Positions 8,000 to 17,966 of a DNA stretch of 32,000 nt are shown one piece after another. Under the pieces are notes generated by a model that saw only the letters and a list, made by a program, of their open reading frames with translations, did not search any database and was not told where the DNA came from. Position numbers and translations under genes: made by a program. How positions within the stretch are numbered: position 1 is the stretch's first letter; every line of letters starts with the position of its first letter. Location of the stretch: the NCBI RefSeq assembly GCF_000734015.1, contig NZ_CP008796.1, positions 30,001 through 62,000 of the forward strand, in the 5' to 3' direction. The stretch is from Thermodesulfobacterium commune DSM 2178. Its GTDB lineage: Bacteria; Desulfobacterota; Thermodesulfobacteria; Thermodesulfobacteriales; Thermodesulfobacteriaceae.

Positions 8000-8425
8000 A
8001 TGGAGTATCTTAGTTGGTTGGTAGATTATGGGATCATCGGGTTTTTACTGGTTTTAAGTGTGATATCTATAGCGATAGGTATAGAGAGAGTGGGTTATTA
8101 TAAAAGGGTTGACCTTGCTAATTACAAACATCCTAAGGAGCTTGAGGTAGATTTAACGAGAGGGCTTTATGTGATTGCTACCGTAGGTGCCAATGCGCCT
8201 TATATAGGGCTTTTAGGAACGGTGTTAGGGATTATGCTTACCTTTTATACCATCGGTCAGGAAGGAATGGTTGACAGTAAAAGGATCATGGTAGGTCTGG
8301 CCTTAGCGTTAAAGGCAACGGCTGTGGGGCTTTTGGTAGCCATACCTTCTACGGCTTTTTATAACTATCTTTTAAGAAAGGTAAAAGAAAAGATAGCCTT
8401 ATGGGAGATCCAGGGTAATCGATAA
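8000..8425 (+). CDS. exbB: MotA/TolQ/ExbB-family proton channel protein (short ExbB type)
   Basis: 141 aa. Conserved APYIGLLGTVLGIMLTF and LALKATAVGLLVAIP transmembrane motifs. Strong SD GGAGGAGG before the ATG. Followed directly by exbD and tonB. Confidence 0.8.
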   Translation: MEYLSWLVDYGIIGFLLVLSVISIAIGIERVGYYKRVDLANYKHPKELEVDLTRGLYVIATVGANAPYIGLLGTVLGIMLTFYTIGQEGMVDSKRIMVGLALALKATAVGLLVAIPSTAFYNYLLRKVKEKIALWEIQGNR

Positions 8426-8440
8426 CCAAGGGGTGTTTTG

Positions 8441-8821
8441 ATGGAAGAAAAAGAGTTTGACTACATAAACGTGATTCCTTTGGTAGACATCATGCTGGTT
8501 CTTTTAACGATAGTTCTTGTTACCGCTACCTTTATCGTGCAGGGAAGTATTCCTGTCAACCTGCCTAAGGCCAAAAACGTTGAGACTTCTGATATAAGAA
8601 GTTATCAGATAACCCTTACTAAAGAGGGAGAGGTGTTTTTTGAAGGAAGAAAGGTGACCTTGAAAGAGCTTGAAGACCTGGTGGAGAGTTTAAAAGGAGA
8701 GGTTCAGGTTTCTATCTTAGCAGATAGATCTTCTCAGGTGCAAGGGCTGGTTGACCTCCTTGACCTGTTAAAAAAACATGAAATAAAACGGGTTTCTATA
8801 AAAACCGAAGTAATAAGATAG
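8441..8821 (+). CDS. exbD: biopolymer transport protein ExbD/TolR
   Basis: INVIPLVDIMLVLLTIVLV membrane anchor followed by PVNLPKA and a periplasmic domain, typical ExbD/TolR. ATG at 8441 (the track starts one codon earlier at TTG 8438). Confidence 0.85.
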   Translation: MEEKEFDYINVIPLVDIMLVLLTIVLVTATFIVQGSIPVNLPKAKNVETSDIRSYQITLTKEGEVFFEGRKVTLKELEDLVESLKGEVQVSILADRSSQVQGLVDLLDLLKKHEIKRVSIKTEVIR

Positions 8822-9571
8822 ATGGTTTCGATAAAACATTTTTCTACTTCCTTTTTTATACATCTTTTTATCTTGCTGAGTTTTTTAACATTTTTTAGGT
8901 TAAGTGAAATAGGAAGGGCTAAATACATAGAAATAGACCTTGAAGCCTATTCAGGCTCTCAGCTTACCCAAGAAAAATCTACCCAGGCGTTAGCTACTGA
9001 AAAAACTGCAAAGCCCTTTCAACCAACCCAAAACCAACCAGATAAATCTCAGTCTTTAAAGGAAGAACTAACTCCTCCTGCTAAGAAAGAAAATGCAGTT
9101 TCTGAGGTTGTCCCATCTAAAGAGAGTAGTATGCCTAAGGAAACTTTTTCTCAAACGACTTCTTCTCATGGACCAGGTAGTGGAGGTTCTCAAGTTAGTA
9201 GCTCAGCTAAAGAAGGGACTTCTAAACCGAGTGAGGGGCAGGGAGGGCTTTCTGGTTATGGGGAGAGAAAAGACCAAGAGAAGGTAGCCCAGCATTTTCT
9301 TTCCCAAAAGTTTTCTATCATTTCTGACATCGTAAGAAAACATGTGCAGTATCCCTATTTAGCCAGAAGGATGGGATGGGAGGGTAAGGTGGTAGTTTCC
9401 TTTGTGCTAACCAGACAGGGAGAGGTAAAAGAGGTCAGGGTGGTTCAATCGTCTGGTTATAAGGTTTTAGACGAAAATACCATTGCTACTTTGCAGGGGT
9501 GTGCTAAATATTTCCCGGTACCACCGGTAGACATAAAAATTACCCTTCCTGTAGTCTATAAGTTGAATTAA
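8822..9571 (+). CDS. tonB: TonB-family energy transducer
   Basis: N-terminal anchor, then a long low-complexity linker, then a TonB C-terminal domain (VQYPYLARRMGWEGKVVVSFVLTRQGEVKEVRVVQSSGYKVLDENTIATL). ATG abuts the exbD stop. Confidence 0.75.
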   Translation: MVSIKHFSTSFFIHLFILLSFLTFFRLSEIGRAKYIEIDLEAYSGSQLTQEKSTQALATEKTAKPFQPTQNQPDKSQSLKEELTPPAKKENAVSEVVPSKESSMPKETFSQTTSSHGPGSGGSQVSSSAKEGTSKPSEGQGGLSGYGERKDQEKVAQHFLSQKFSIISDIVRKHVQYPYLARRMGWEGKVVVSFVLTRQGEVKEVRVVQSSGYKVLDENTIATLQGCAKYFPVPPVDIKITLPVVYKLN

Positions 9572-9605
9572 AATAAGTTTTTCAAAAGTCTTATATGGGA
9601 GGGTT

Positions 9606-11581
<1,976 letters not shown>

Positions 11582-11603
11582 TTATTTTTCTCCCTAAAGA
11601 GGT

Positions 11604-12806
11604 TTATTTTAAGCAGGAAATAAGGTGGCCAAGTTTTTCTTTTTTGGTTTTAAGGTAGTTGTAGTTTTCTGGTCTGGGAGGTATTTCTATAGGAACTCTT
11701 TCTACTATCTTCATTCCATACCCTTCAAGTCCTATGATTTTCCTTGGGTTGTTAGTCATGAGCCTTATTTGTTTTATACCAAGGTCTTTTAAGATCTGGG
11801 CTCCTATTCCGTAGTCTCTAAGGTCTGGTTTGAACCCTAACGCTAAGTTGGCTTCTACTGTATCTTTTCCTTCGTCTTGAAGTTTATAAGCCTTTAATTT
11901 GTTTAAAAGACCTATTCCTCTTCCCTCTTGTCTGAGATAAAGGAGAACCCCTTTTCCTTCTTTGCCTATCATTTCCATAGCTTTTTTAAGTTGAGGCCCG
12001 CAATCGCATCTCAGTGAGCCAAAAACATCTCCGGTTAGACATTCAGAATGCACCCTTACCAAGATGGGATTTTCGTCTATCTCCCCCATGACCAAGGCTA
12101 TGTGGGTGGCGTTATCTATAAAGTTTGAGTAGGCTATCAACTTAAAGGTACCAAAGGCAGTAGGCAATAAGGTCTCTACCTCTCTTTTAACCAAAGATTC
12201 GTTTTGGATACGGTAGGCTATAAGGTCTTTGATGGTGATTATTTTTAGCCCAAATTCTTCGGCAAATTTTTCTAAGTCAGGAAGTCTTGCCATGGTGCCA
12301 TCATCCTTCATCACCTCACAGATAACCCCAGCTGGTTTAAGACCAGCAAGTCTTGCCAGGTCTACGGCAGCTTCTGTATGTCCAGCCCTAACCAGAACCC
12401 CTCCTTTTCTGGCTATGATGGGAAAAACATGACCAGGGGTAATAAAGTCCTGAGGGGTACTTTTATCGTCGATAACCAGCTTTATGGTATAAGCCCTGTC
12501 ATACGCAGAAATACCTGTGGTGATCCCATGTCTTGCGTCTATAGACACCGTAAAGGCAGTCCCAAAGGGGTCTATCCCTCTTCTTGGTTGCAAAGGAAGT
12601 TGAAGCCTGTCTGCGATTTCCTGGGTGATGGCTAAACAGATAAGACCTCTTCCATATTTAGCCATAAAATTGATGGCCTCAGGGGTTACCTTTTCAGCAG
12701 CCAAAATAAGGTCTCCTTCGTTCTCTCTGTCTTCATCGTCTACGACGATGATAAGCTTGCCCTGCTTTAAGTCTTCTAACGCTTCTTCCACAGTGCTTAT
12801 AGGCAT
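11604..12806 (-). CDS. ribBA: bifunctional 3,4-dihydroxy-2-butanone-4-phosphate synthase / GTP cyclohydrolase II
   Basis: RibB part ([32 protein letters not shown]) fused to RibA part ([32 protein letters not shown]). 400 aa. Confidence 0.96.
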   Translation of the reverse strand: MPISTVEEALEDLKQGKLIIVVDDEDRENEGDLILAAEKVTPEAINFMAKYGRGLICLAITQEIADRLQLPLQPRRGIDPFGTAFTVSIDARHGITTGISAYDRAYTIKLVIDDKSTPQDFITPGHVFPIIARKGGVLVRAGHTEAAVDLARLAGLKPAGVICEVMKDDGTMARLPDLEKFAEEFGLKIITIKDLIAYRIQNESLVKREVETLLPTAFGTFKLIAYSNFIDNATHIALVMGEIDENPILVRVHSECLTGDVFGSLRCDCGPQLKKAMEMIGKEGKGVLLYLRQEGRGIGLLNKLKAYKLQDEGKDTVEANLALGFKPDLRDYGIGAQILKDLGIKQIRLMTNNPRKIIGLEGYGMKIVERVPIEIPPRPENYNYLKTKKEKLGHLISCLK

Positions 12807-12908
12807 CTACTTGGCCTCCTTATCCCCTTAGAGGTTGTTTTAGGTTTTAATTTTGAAAAATCGTTTTAATATAATAAAACTCAATTAAATTTTAGCAACC
12901 ATAAGCTT

Positions 12909-14465
12909 ATGCAAAAAATGAAAAAGATAGAAAGTTTAACCAAGTCTGCAACCTCTGTAACCATAGCAGTCTTTATCAGTCGTATTTTAGGGCTGGTAAG
13001 GGAACAGGTGCTTGCCTATTTTTTTGGGGCAGGAAAAAGTATGGATGCCTATGTGGTAGGTTATCGCATCCCTAACCTTCTAAGAGACCTTTTTGCTGAG
13101 GGGGCACTTGGGTCAGCTTTTGTTAAGGTTTTCAGCTCTACCTTAGAAAAAGAAGGGCCTGAAAAAAGTTTTAAGATAGCTCAAGTCATTCTTTCTAACC
13201 TCCTTTTGATTTTAGGGGGGATAGTAATCCTTGGGATGTTTAGTGCTGACTGGATAGTAGGGCTTATTGCCCCTGAGTTTACCAAAGATCCGGCTAAGTT
13301 TGACCTAACGGTAAAACTTACTCAGGTTATGATGCCCTTTCTTCTTTTTATAAGCCTTTCCTCAGTTTTGGCAGGGATGCTTAATTCCTTAGGGGTGTTT
13401 TTTTTACCGGCCTTTTCGTCAAGTATCTTTAACATAACCTCAGTTTTGGTGGGGGTTTTAGGCTATTTTTTGTGTATAAGCCTTAACATAAATCCTATCT
13501 ATGCCATGGCAGTAGGGGTCACCTTGGGAGGGTTTTTACAGTTCTATTTTCAATATCCTGAGGTGAGAAAAAGAGGTTTTTCTTTCAGGTTTTCTCCTGA
13601 TTTTAAGGACCCTTATTTTAAAGAAGTTTGCAGGTTGATCTTACCGGTAATACTTGGGCTTTCAGCCGTACAAATCAACATCTTTATCAACACCTTTTTC
13701 GCCACTTCTTGCGGAGAAGGAGCGGTTTCTTGGTATAGTTATGCCTTCAGGATTATGTATGTGCCTTTAGGACTTTTTGGGGTAGGGCTTTCACAGGCCT
13801 TACTTCCTGAGCTTTCAAGGGCTGTTGCCAGGAAAGATTTGGCCTCTGCCAAAGACACCTTTTCTCGTGCGTTGGTGGTTTCTCTAAGCCTTTCTTTACC
13901 TTCAGCAGTTGGTCTTTACTTCTTGGCTCAGCCAGTGGTAGAGGTGCTTTTTGAAAGAGGAAAGTTTAGCAGTTTAGATACGATAAACACCGCAGAGATT
14001 TTAAAGATTTTAGCCCTGTCTTTGCCTTTTTACGGGCTCTCAAAAACTGCGGTCCCGCTTTTTTATTCGTTGGGTAAAACGATCATTCCTTCCTTAGGAA
14101 GTATCCTTTCAGTGTTTGCAAATTTAACCGTAATACTTCTTACCATCAAAGCCTTAGGGATAAAAGGGGTAGCCTTAGGAACCTCTCTTTCTTTGGTTTT
14201 TCAGTGCATGTTTTTGCTTTTGTTTAGCTCTTTGCTTTTCAAACAAATTCCTTTAAAATTTTTACTAAGAAGTCTTTTTACCCTTGGGATAGCAGTTTTA
14301 GCCTTAAGTGGGATTTTAATTTTTTTAGCACATTTTGGATTTAACAGCTGGGTTTACCTTATTACAGCCATACCCTTAGGAGCCATCGTATTTTTAGGGA
14401 CTTGTAAGATTTTAGGGCCTCAAGAGACCTACCTTTTTTGGGTTAAGCTGCTTAAAAGAGGTTAG
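12909..14465 (+). CDS. murJ: lipid II flippase MurJ (MviN family)
   Basis: N-terminus ISRILGLVREQVLAYFFGAGKSMDAYVVGYRIPNLLRDLFAEGALGSAFV is the MurJ signature. 518 aa polytopic. The alternative ATG at 12918 cannot be excluded. Confidence 0.9.
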   Translation: MQKMKKIESLTKSATSVTIAVFISRILGLVREQVLAYFFGAGKSMDAYVVGYRIPNLLRDLFAEGALGSAFVKVFSSTLEKEGPEKSFKIAQVILSNLLLILGGIVILGMFSADWIVGLIAPEFTKDPAKFDLTVKLTQVMMPFLLFISLSSVLAGMLNSLGVFFLPAFSSSIFNITSVLVGVLGYFLCISLNINPIYAMAVGVTLGGFLQFYFQYPEVRKRGFSFRFSPDFKDPYFKEVCRLILPVILGLSAVQINIFINTFFATSCGEGAVSWYSYAFRIMYVPLGLFGVGLSQALLPELSRAVARKDLASAKDTFSRALVVSLSLSLPSAVGLYFLAQPVVEVLFERGKFSSLDTINTAEILKILALSLPFYGLSKTAVPLFYSLGKTIIPSLGSILSVFANLTVILLTIKALGIKGVALGTSLSLVFQCMFLLLFSSLLFKQIPLKFLLRSLFTLGIAVLALSGILIFLAHFGFNSWVYLITAIPLGAIVFLGTCKILGPQETYLFWVKLLKRG

Positions 14466-14494
14466 GTTAAAAATTTAAAAACCGGGAGGGAGAG

Positions 14495-15865
14495 ATGAAA
14501 GTAAGTCCCTATATCTTTAGAGAGTATGACATTCGCGGAAAGGTTGGGAAAGATTTTACCGAGGAGATAGTAAGAGAAATAGGAAGGGCCTATGGGACGA
14601 TGGTTAGACGCAGTGGAGGAAAAAGGGTGGTTAGTGGAAGAGACGGAAGGCTTTCTTCAGAAGCCCTTCAAAGGTGTTTGATCGAAGGGATTTTATCTAC
14701 CGGGGTAGAGGTTTTAAACATCGGACTTACCCCTACCCCGGTGATGTATTATTCCCTCTTTCGTTTGCCAGAAGTTGACGGTGGTATACAGGTTACCGGT
14801 TCTCACAACCCACCAGAGTTTAACGGACTAAAGATCTGCTTAGGTAAAGACACCCTTTTTGGTAAACAAATACAGGCCTTAAGAGAACTGATAGAAAAGG
14901 AAGACTATGAAAAGGGATCAGGGAAAGTAGAAGACATAGATGTACTTTCTGATTACATAGAATATGTTAGCTCAAACGTTGAACTTAAGAGACCAGTAAA
15001 GGTATGTCTTGACCCTGGTAACGGGGTTTGTGCTCTGACAGCACCAGAGATTTTTAAACGTTTAAACTGCGAGGTTGAATGTCTTTTTTGTGAGATAGAC
15101 GGAAACTTTCCTCACCATTTCCCAGACCCTGTCGTTCCAGAAAACCTGAAATGGCTAAAAGAAAAGGTAGTTTCTGAAGGGTATGAAGCTGGTTTTGGGT
15201 ATGACGGAGACGGAGATAGACTTGGGGTGATAGACGAAAAGGGTAACATCATCTGGGGAGACAGGCTTCTTTATGTGTTTGCCAAGTTTTTACTTAAAAA
15301 ACATCCTGGAGCTAAGGTTATCGCTGAGGTTAAGTGTTCGAGAACTTTGTTTGAAGGGGTGAAAAAGTTGGGAGGTCTTCCTATCATGTGGAAAACAGGA
15401 CATTCTTTGATAAAAAACAAGATGAAAGAGGAGGGGGCTATTCTTGCAGGAGAGATGAGCGGACACATGTTTTTTGCAGACAAATGGTTTGGTTTTGACG
15501 ATGGGGTTTATGCCTCTCTCAGGCTGGCAGAAATCCTTTCTCAAACAGAACAGCCTCTTTCTGAAATACTTAAAGAACTGCCGGTTATGTATGCTACCCC
15601 AGAGATAAGGGTTGAATGCCCAGATGAGGTTAAGTTTAAGGTGGTGGAAAGGTTGGTGGCTAAGTTTAAACAAGAAGGACTCAACGTAGTAGACATAGAC
15701 GGTGCAAGGGTTGAATTTCCTGAAGGATGGGCCTTGGTTAGAGCCTCAAACACCCAACCGGTGTTGGTCCTAAGGTTTGAAGCTGAAACAGAAGGGTTTC
15801 TTGAAACTTTAAAACAGAAAGTTTATCAAGCCTTAGACGAAGTTTTAAAAGAAATAAACCCCTAA
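14495..15865 (+). CDS. phosphomannomutase/phosphoglucomutase (alpha-D-phosphohexomutase family)
   Basis: IFREYDIRG, active-site loop TGSHNPPEFNG (PMM/PGM type rather than GlmM), metal loop GYDGDGDRLG, sugar loop GEMSGHMFF. GGGAGGGAG SD. Confidence 0.88.
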   Translation: MKVSPYIFREYDIRGKVGKDFTEEIVREIGRAYGTMVRRSGGKRVVSGRDGRLSSEALQRCLIEGILSTGVEVLNIGLTPTPVMYYSLFRLPEVDGGIQVTGSHNPPEFNGLKICLGKDTLFGKQIQALRELIEKEDYEKGSGKVEDIDVLSDYIEYVSSNVELKRPVKVCLDPGNGVCALTAPEIFKRLNCEVECLFCEIDGNFPHHFPDPVVPENLKWLKEKVVSEGYEAGFGYDGDGDRLGVIDEKGNIIWGDRLLYVFAKFLLKKHPGAKVIAEVKCSRTLFEGVKKLGGLPIMWKTGHSLIKNKMKEEGAILAGEMSGHMFFADKWFGFDDGVYASLRLAEILSQTEQPLSEILKELPVMYATPEIRVECPDEVKFKVVERLVAKFKQEGLNVVDIDGARVEFPEGWALVRASNTQPVLVLRFEAETEGFLETLKQKVYQALDEVLKEINP

Positions 15866-15876
15866 AAGGGAGTCTG

Positions 15877-16359
15877 ATGGAATCCTTCGAGCATCTACTC
15901 CAAATTCTTCCTATTCCTTACAAAACTAAAAAGGCTATACGAGCCTTGAAACTGGCTAAGTCTTTGTGGCCTAAGCTTTTAGACAGAGAATTAGCCTTAT
16001 GCTCAAATCCTATAAGGTATGAAGAAGGTACCTTAGTTGTAGAGACCTCAGACTACTACCATCTCCAACAGCTTCAACTAAAAGGTAGAGAAATTATAGA
16101 AGCCCTTGAAAAAGTAGCGCCTGAAAAAGAAAAACCACTTTTTGTTGACCTTAAGATAGTAATAAATCCTTTGATCTTCGAAAGATTAACTAAAAATAAA
16201 CAGTTGGTAAACTCAAAAGAAGGGGTTTTAAGGGTAAATCCCGAAGACGTTAAAGAACTTGAAAAAACCTTACAAAACCTGAAAGACCCTGAACTTGCGA
16301 AGTTGTTTAAAGGATTATTAAAGACATACTTCAAGGCTAAAAAGATTCAAAAAATTTAA
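15877..16359 (+). CDS. DUF721 (DciA-like) domain protein
   Basis: N-terminal 80 aa (LWPKLLDRELALCSNPIRYEEGTLVVETSDYYHLQQLQLKGREIIEAL) follows the DUF721 pattern as I recall it. The Lys-rich C-terminal half is unassigned. AAGGGAG SD. Confidence 0.5.
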   Translation: MESFEHLLQILPIPYKTKKAIRALKLAKSLWPKLLDRELALCSNPIRYEEGTLVVETSDYYHLQQLQLKGREIIEALEKVAPEKEKPLFVDLKIVINPLIFERLTKNKQLVNSKEGVLRVNPEDVKELEKTLQNLKDPELAKLFKGLLKTYFKAKKIQKI

Positions 16360-16397
16360 CAAAATCAAACTTTCCAACCCAAAAACTTATAGATTTG

Positions 16398-16426
16398 ATA
16401 AAAACCCCTGGGGTAACCCCCAGGGG
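16398..16426 (-). terminator. rho-independent terminator of the small exported-protein gene
   Basis: Minus-strand RNA CCCCUGGGGG-UUA-CCCCAGGGG (stem arms 16405-16413 / 16417-16426) followed by UUUUUAU (16398-16404), 18 nt after the stop at 16444. On the plus strand there is no U tract after the hairpin. Confidence 0.72.
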
Positions 16427-16443
16427 AAGATGTCTAAGAAAGC

Positions 16444-16662
16444 TTACTTCTTTTCAGGAGCGGCTGCAGGAGCAGCTTCCTTCTTTTCTTCGGCTTTCTT
16501 TTCGGCTTTTTTGGCTTTCTTAGCTTTCTTGGCTTTCTTTTCTACCTTCTTTTCAGCAGCAGGAGCAGCAGCCTTGTCAGCTGCAGGGGCAGCCTGTTCA
16601 GCTGCAAAAACAGGGGATACTAAAAGAGCTAAAGCAGCAACTAAACCTAATACCTTTTTCAT
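16444..16662 (-). CDS. small exported Lys/Ala/Glu-rich low-complexity protein (72 aa precursor)
   Basis: Sec-type signal peptide MKKVLGLVAALALLVSPVFA|AEQ. Strong SD AAGGAGGGAGG 6 nt before the ATG. Own promoter-like element upstream and terminator downstream. The overlapping plus-strand ORF (16430-16681) lacks all of these. Confidence 0.7.
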   Translation of the reverse strand: MKKVLGLVAALALLVSPVFAAEQAAPAADKAAAPAAEKKVEKKAKKAKKAKKAEKKAEEKKEAAPAAAPEKK

Positions 16663-16701
16663 AACCTACCTCCCTCCTTAAAGTTTTTTGTCTTGTATAT
16701 T

Positions 16702-16717
16702 AGCAAAAAGGATGCCC
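16702..16717 (-). promoter_or_regulatory. candidate sigma-54 (RpoN) -24/-12 promoter
   Basis: Minus strand GGGCATCCTTTTTGCT: GG (16716-16715) and GC (16704-16703) have the exact consensus spacing of TGGCAC-N5-TTGCW. GGCA and TTGCT match the consensus. Predicted TSS near 16691, giving a 29-nt leader. Confidence 0.5.
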
Positions 16718-16790
16718 AAATTTTTGAGGTTTGAAAATTAGGTTTTAAAAGGGGTTTTCCCTAAGTATGGGTTTGAAAAAACAGACACTT

Positions 16791-16846
16791 TGCAAAAATT
16801 GCACAGAGGTTTTTATGCAAAAATTACACAAGGTTAATTATTGCAA
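16791..16846. repeat. 25-bp direct repeat (2 full copies + partial) each carrying a TGCAA-N3-TTGCA dyad; candidate activator-binding sites
   Basis: tgcaaaaattgcaca (16791-16805) and tgcaaaaattacaca (16816-16830) are 25 bp apart. A third TTGCAA half-site at 16841-16846 keeps the same phase. Dyad centres are about 106 and 131 bp upstream of the predicted TSS. Confidence 0.55.
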
Positions 16847-17950
16847 GGTTGGGTCTTTTTTTTGTCCGGTAAGGATGGCTATAAGGTCTTTTACACTGAT
16901 GATCCCTTGTTTTTTAAGCAGATGTCCGTTTGTTCCGCTTATAAAGATACCTTCTTCGTAGTTTCCCATCCAGGCAGCACTCAGTTTCTCAGCTATACAA
17001 AAACCTACCTGAGAAGCCTTTTCTCCTTTTTTGCAAGGGGTTAAACAGTTGGAAACACAACCTTTAAAGTCTCGGTATCCTGCAAGGAATTTTTCTACAA
17101 AAGGTGTTTTGACTACCCTTAAAGGATATCCTACAGGAGAGTTGATCAGGATTATGTCTTCTGGGTTAAGTCTAAGGAGTATTTCTTTATAAATTTGAGG
17201 GGCGTCATACTCATAGGTACAGATAAACCGGGTAGCGATCTGCACCCCTGAAGCCCCCAGTTCTAAATATTTCTTGATATCTTGATAGCTCCAAACACCA
17301 CCAGCTACGATAACCTTAAGGTCCCCCCAGTTTTTGGCTTCTTCAAGCACCTCTGGTAACAAACTTTCTAATTGATATTCCTTTTTAAAGCAATCTTCTT
17401 TATGAAACCCTTGATGTCCTCCTGAAAGAGGCCCTTCTAAGACCACAGCATCTGGTAGTCTTTGGTAGCGTTTTTCCCAGGTTTGACAGATAAGCTTTAA
17501 AGCTCTGGCAGAAGAGACGATAGGTATTAGGGCTATGTCAAAACCTTTTACGTATTCTGGGAGTTTCAGAGGTAGCCCTGCTCCTGAGATGATAGCATCA
17601 GCCCCTGCCTCAGCAGCGTCTCTTACCACCCTTGGGTAATCTGTGATCGCACAAAGCACATTTACCCCGATCGCACCTCTACCTTGAGAAAGCTCTTTAG
17701 CCTTTTGAATAATCCTTTTTAGTGCCTCTCGGCTGTGGGTGTTTTCAGGTCCTATGGGTCTACCAAATTTGTCTTTTTTAACCAGCTCAGGGAAGCGATA
17801 CCCTGTACCTACGGCTGAAACAACCCCCATCGCTCCTTCTTTAGCCACAGCTCCTGCTAAATTTTCCCAAGAGATACCTACCCCCATTCCTCCTTGAATG
17901 ATAGGCACATCTAAGGTGATTTTTCCTATGGTAAGTTTGGGTAAACCCAT
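16838..17950 (-). CDS. NAD(P)H-dependent flavin oxidoreductase, nitronate monooxygenase / FabK-like family
   Basis: N-terminal PIIQGGMGVGIS...LAGAVAKEGAMGVVS, mid GADAIISGAGLP, and EGPLSGGH TIM-barrel FMN motifs of the NMO/FabK family. C-terminal extension has four Cys. Confidence 0.75.
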   Translation of the reverse strand: MGLPKLTIGKITLDVPIIQGGMGVGISWENLAGAVAKEGAMGVVSAVGTGYRFPELVKKDKFGRPIGPENTHSREALKRIIQKAKELSQGRGAIGVNVLCAITDYPRVVRDAAEAGADAIISGAGLPLKLPEYVKGFDIALIPIVSSARALKLICQTWEKRYQRLPDAVVLEGPLSGGHQGFHKEDCFKKEYQLESLLPEVLEEAKNWGDLKVIVAGGVWSYQDIKKYLELGASGVQIATRFICTYEYDAPQIYKEILLRLNPEDIILINSPVGYPLRVVKTPFVEKFLAGYRDFKGCVSNCLTPCKKGEKASQVGFCIAEKLSAAWMGNYEEGIFISGTNGHLLKKQGIISVKDLIAILTGQKKDPTLQ

Positions 17951-17966
17951 ACCAATTTTTTCCTTT

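Noticed and set aside
12807-12908. Expected FMN riboswitch upstream of ribBA
   Set aside because: Only ~100 bp of very AT-rich sequence is available, with none of the conserved FMN-element helices (AGGATAGTGAAAG..GGGCGGT type blocks). It looks like plain divergent promoters; TATAAT at 12870-12875 may serve murJ.
16430-16681. 83-aa plus-strand ORF (Phe/Ala-rich, MSKKAYFFSGAAAGAASFF...) overlapping the small Lys/Ala-rich gene
   Set aside because: It is the mirror image of the low-complexity repeat. It has no SD, promoter or terminator in its orientation, whereas the minus-strand ORF has a signal peptide, a strong SD, a -24/-12 element and a terminator.
16775-16830. The TGCAA-N3-TTGCA dyads acting as a terminator hairpin for the upstream NMO-like gene
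   Set aside because: Each forms only a 5-bp A/U-rich stem. The nearest U6 run is 8+ nt away, so this is not a credible intrinsic terminator. Protein-binding sites are the better reading.
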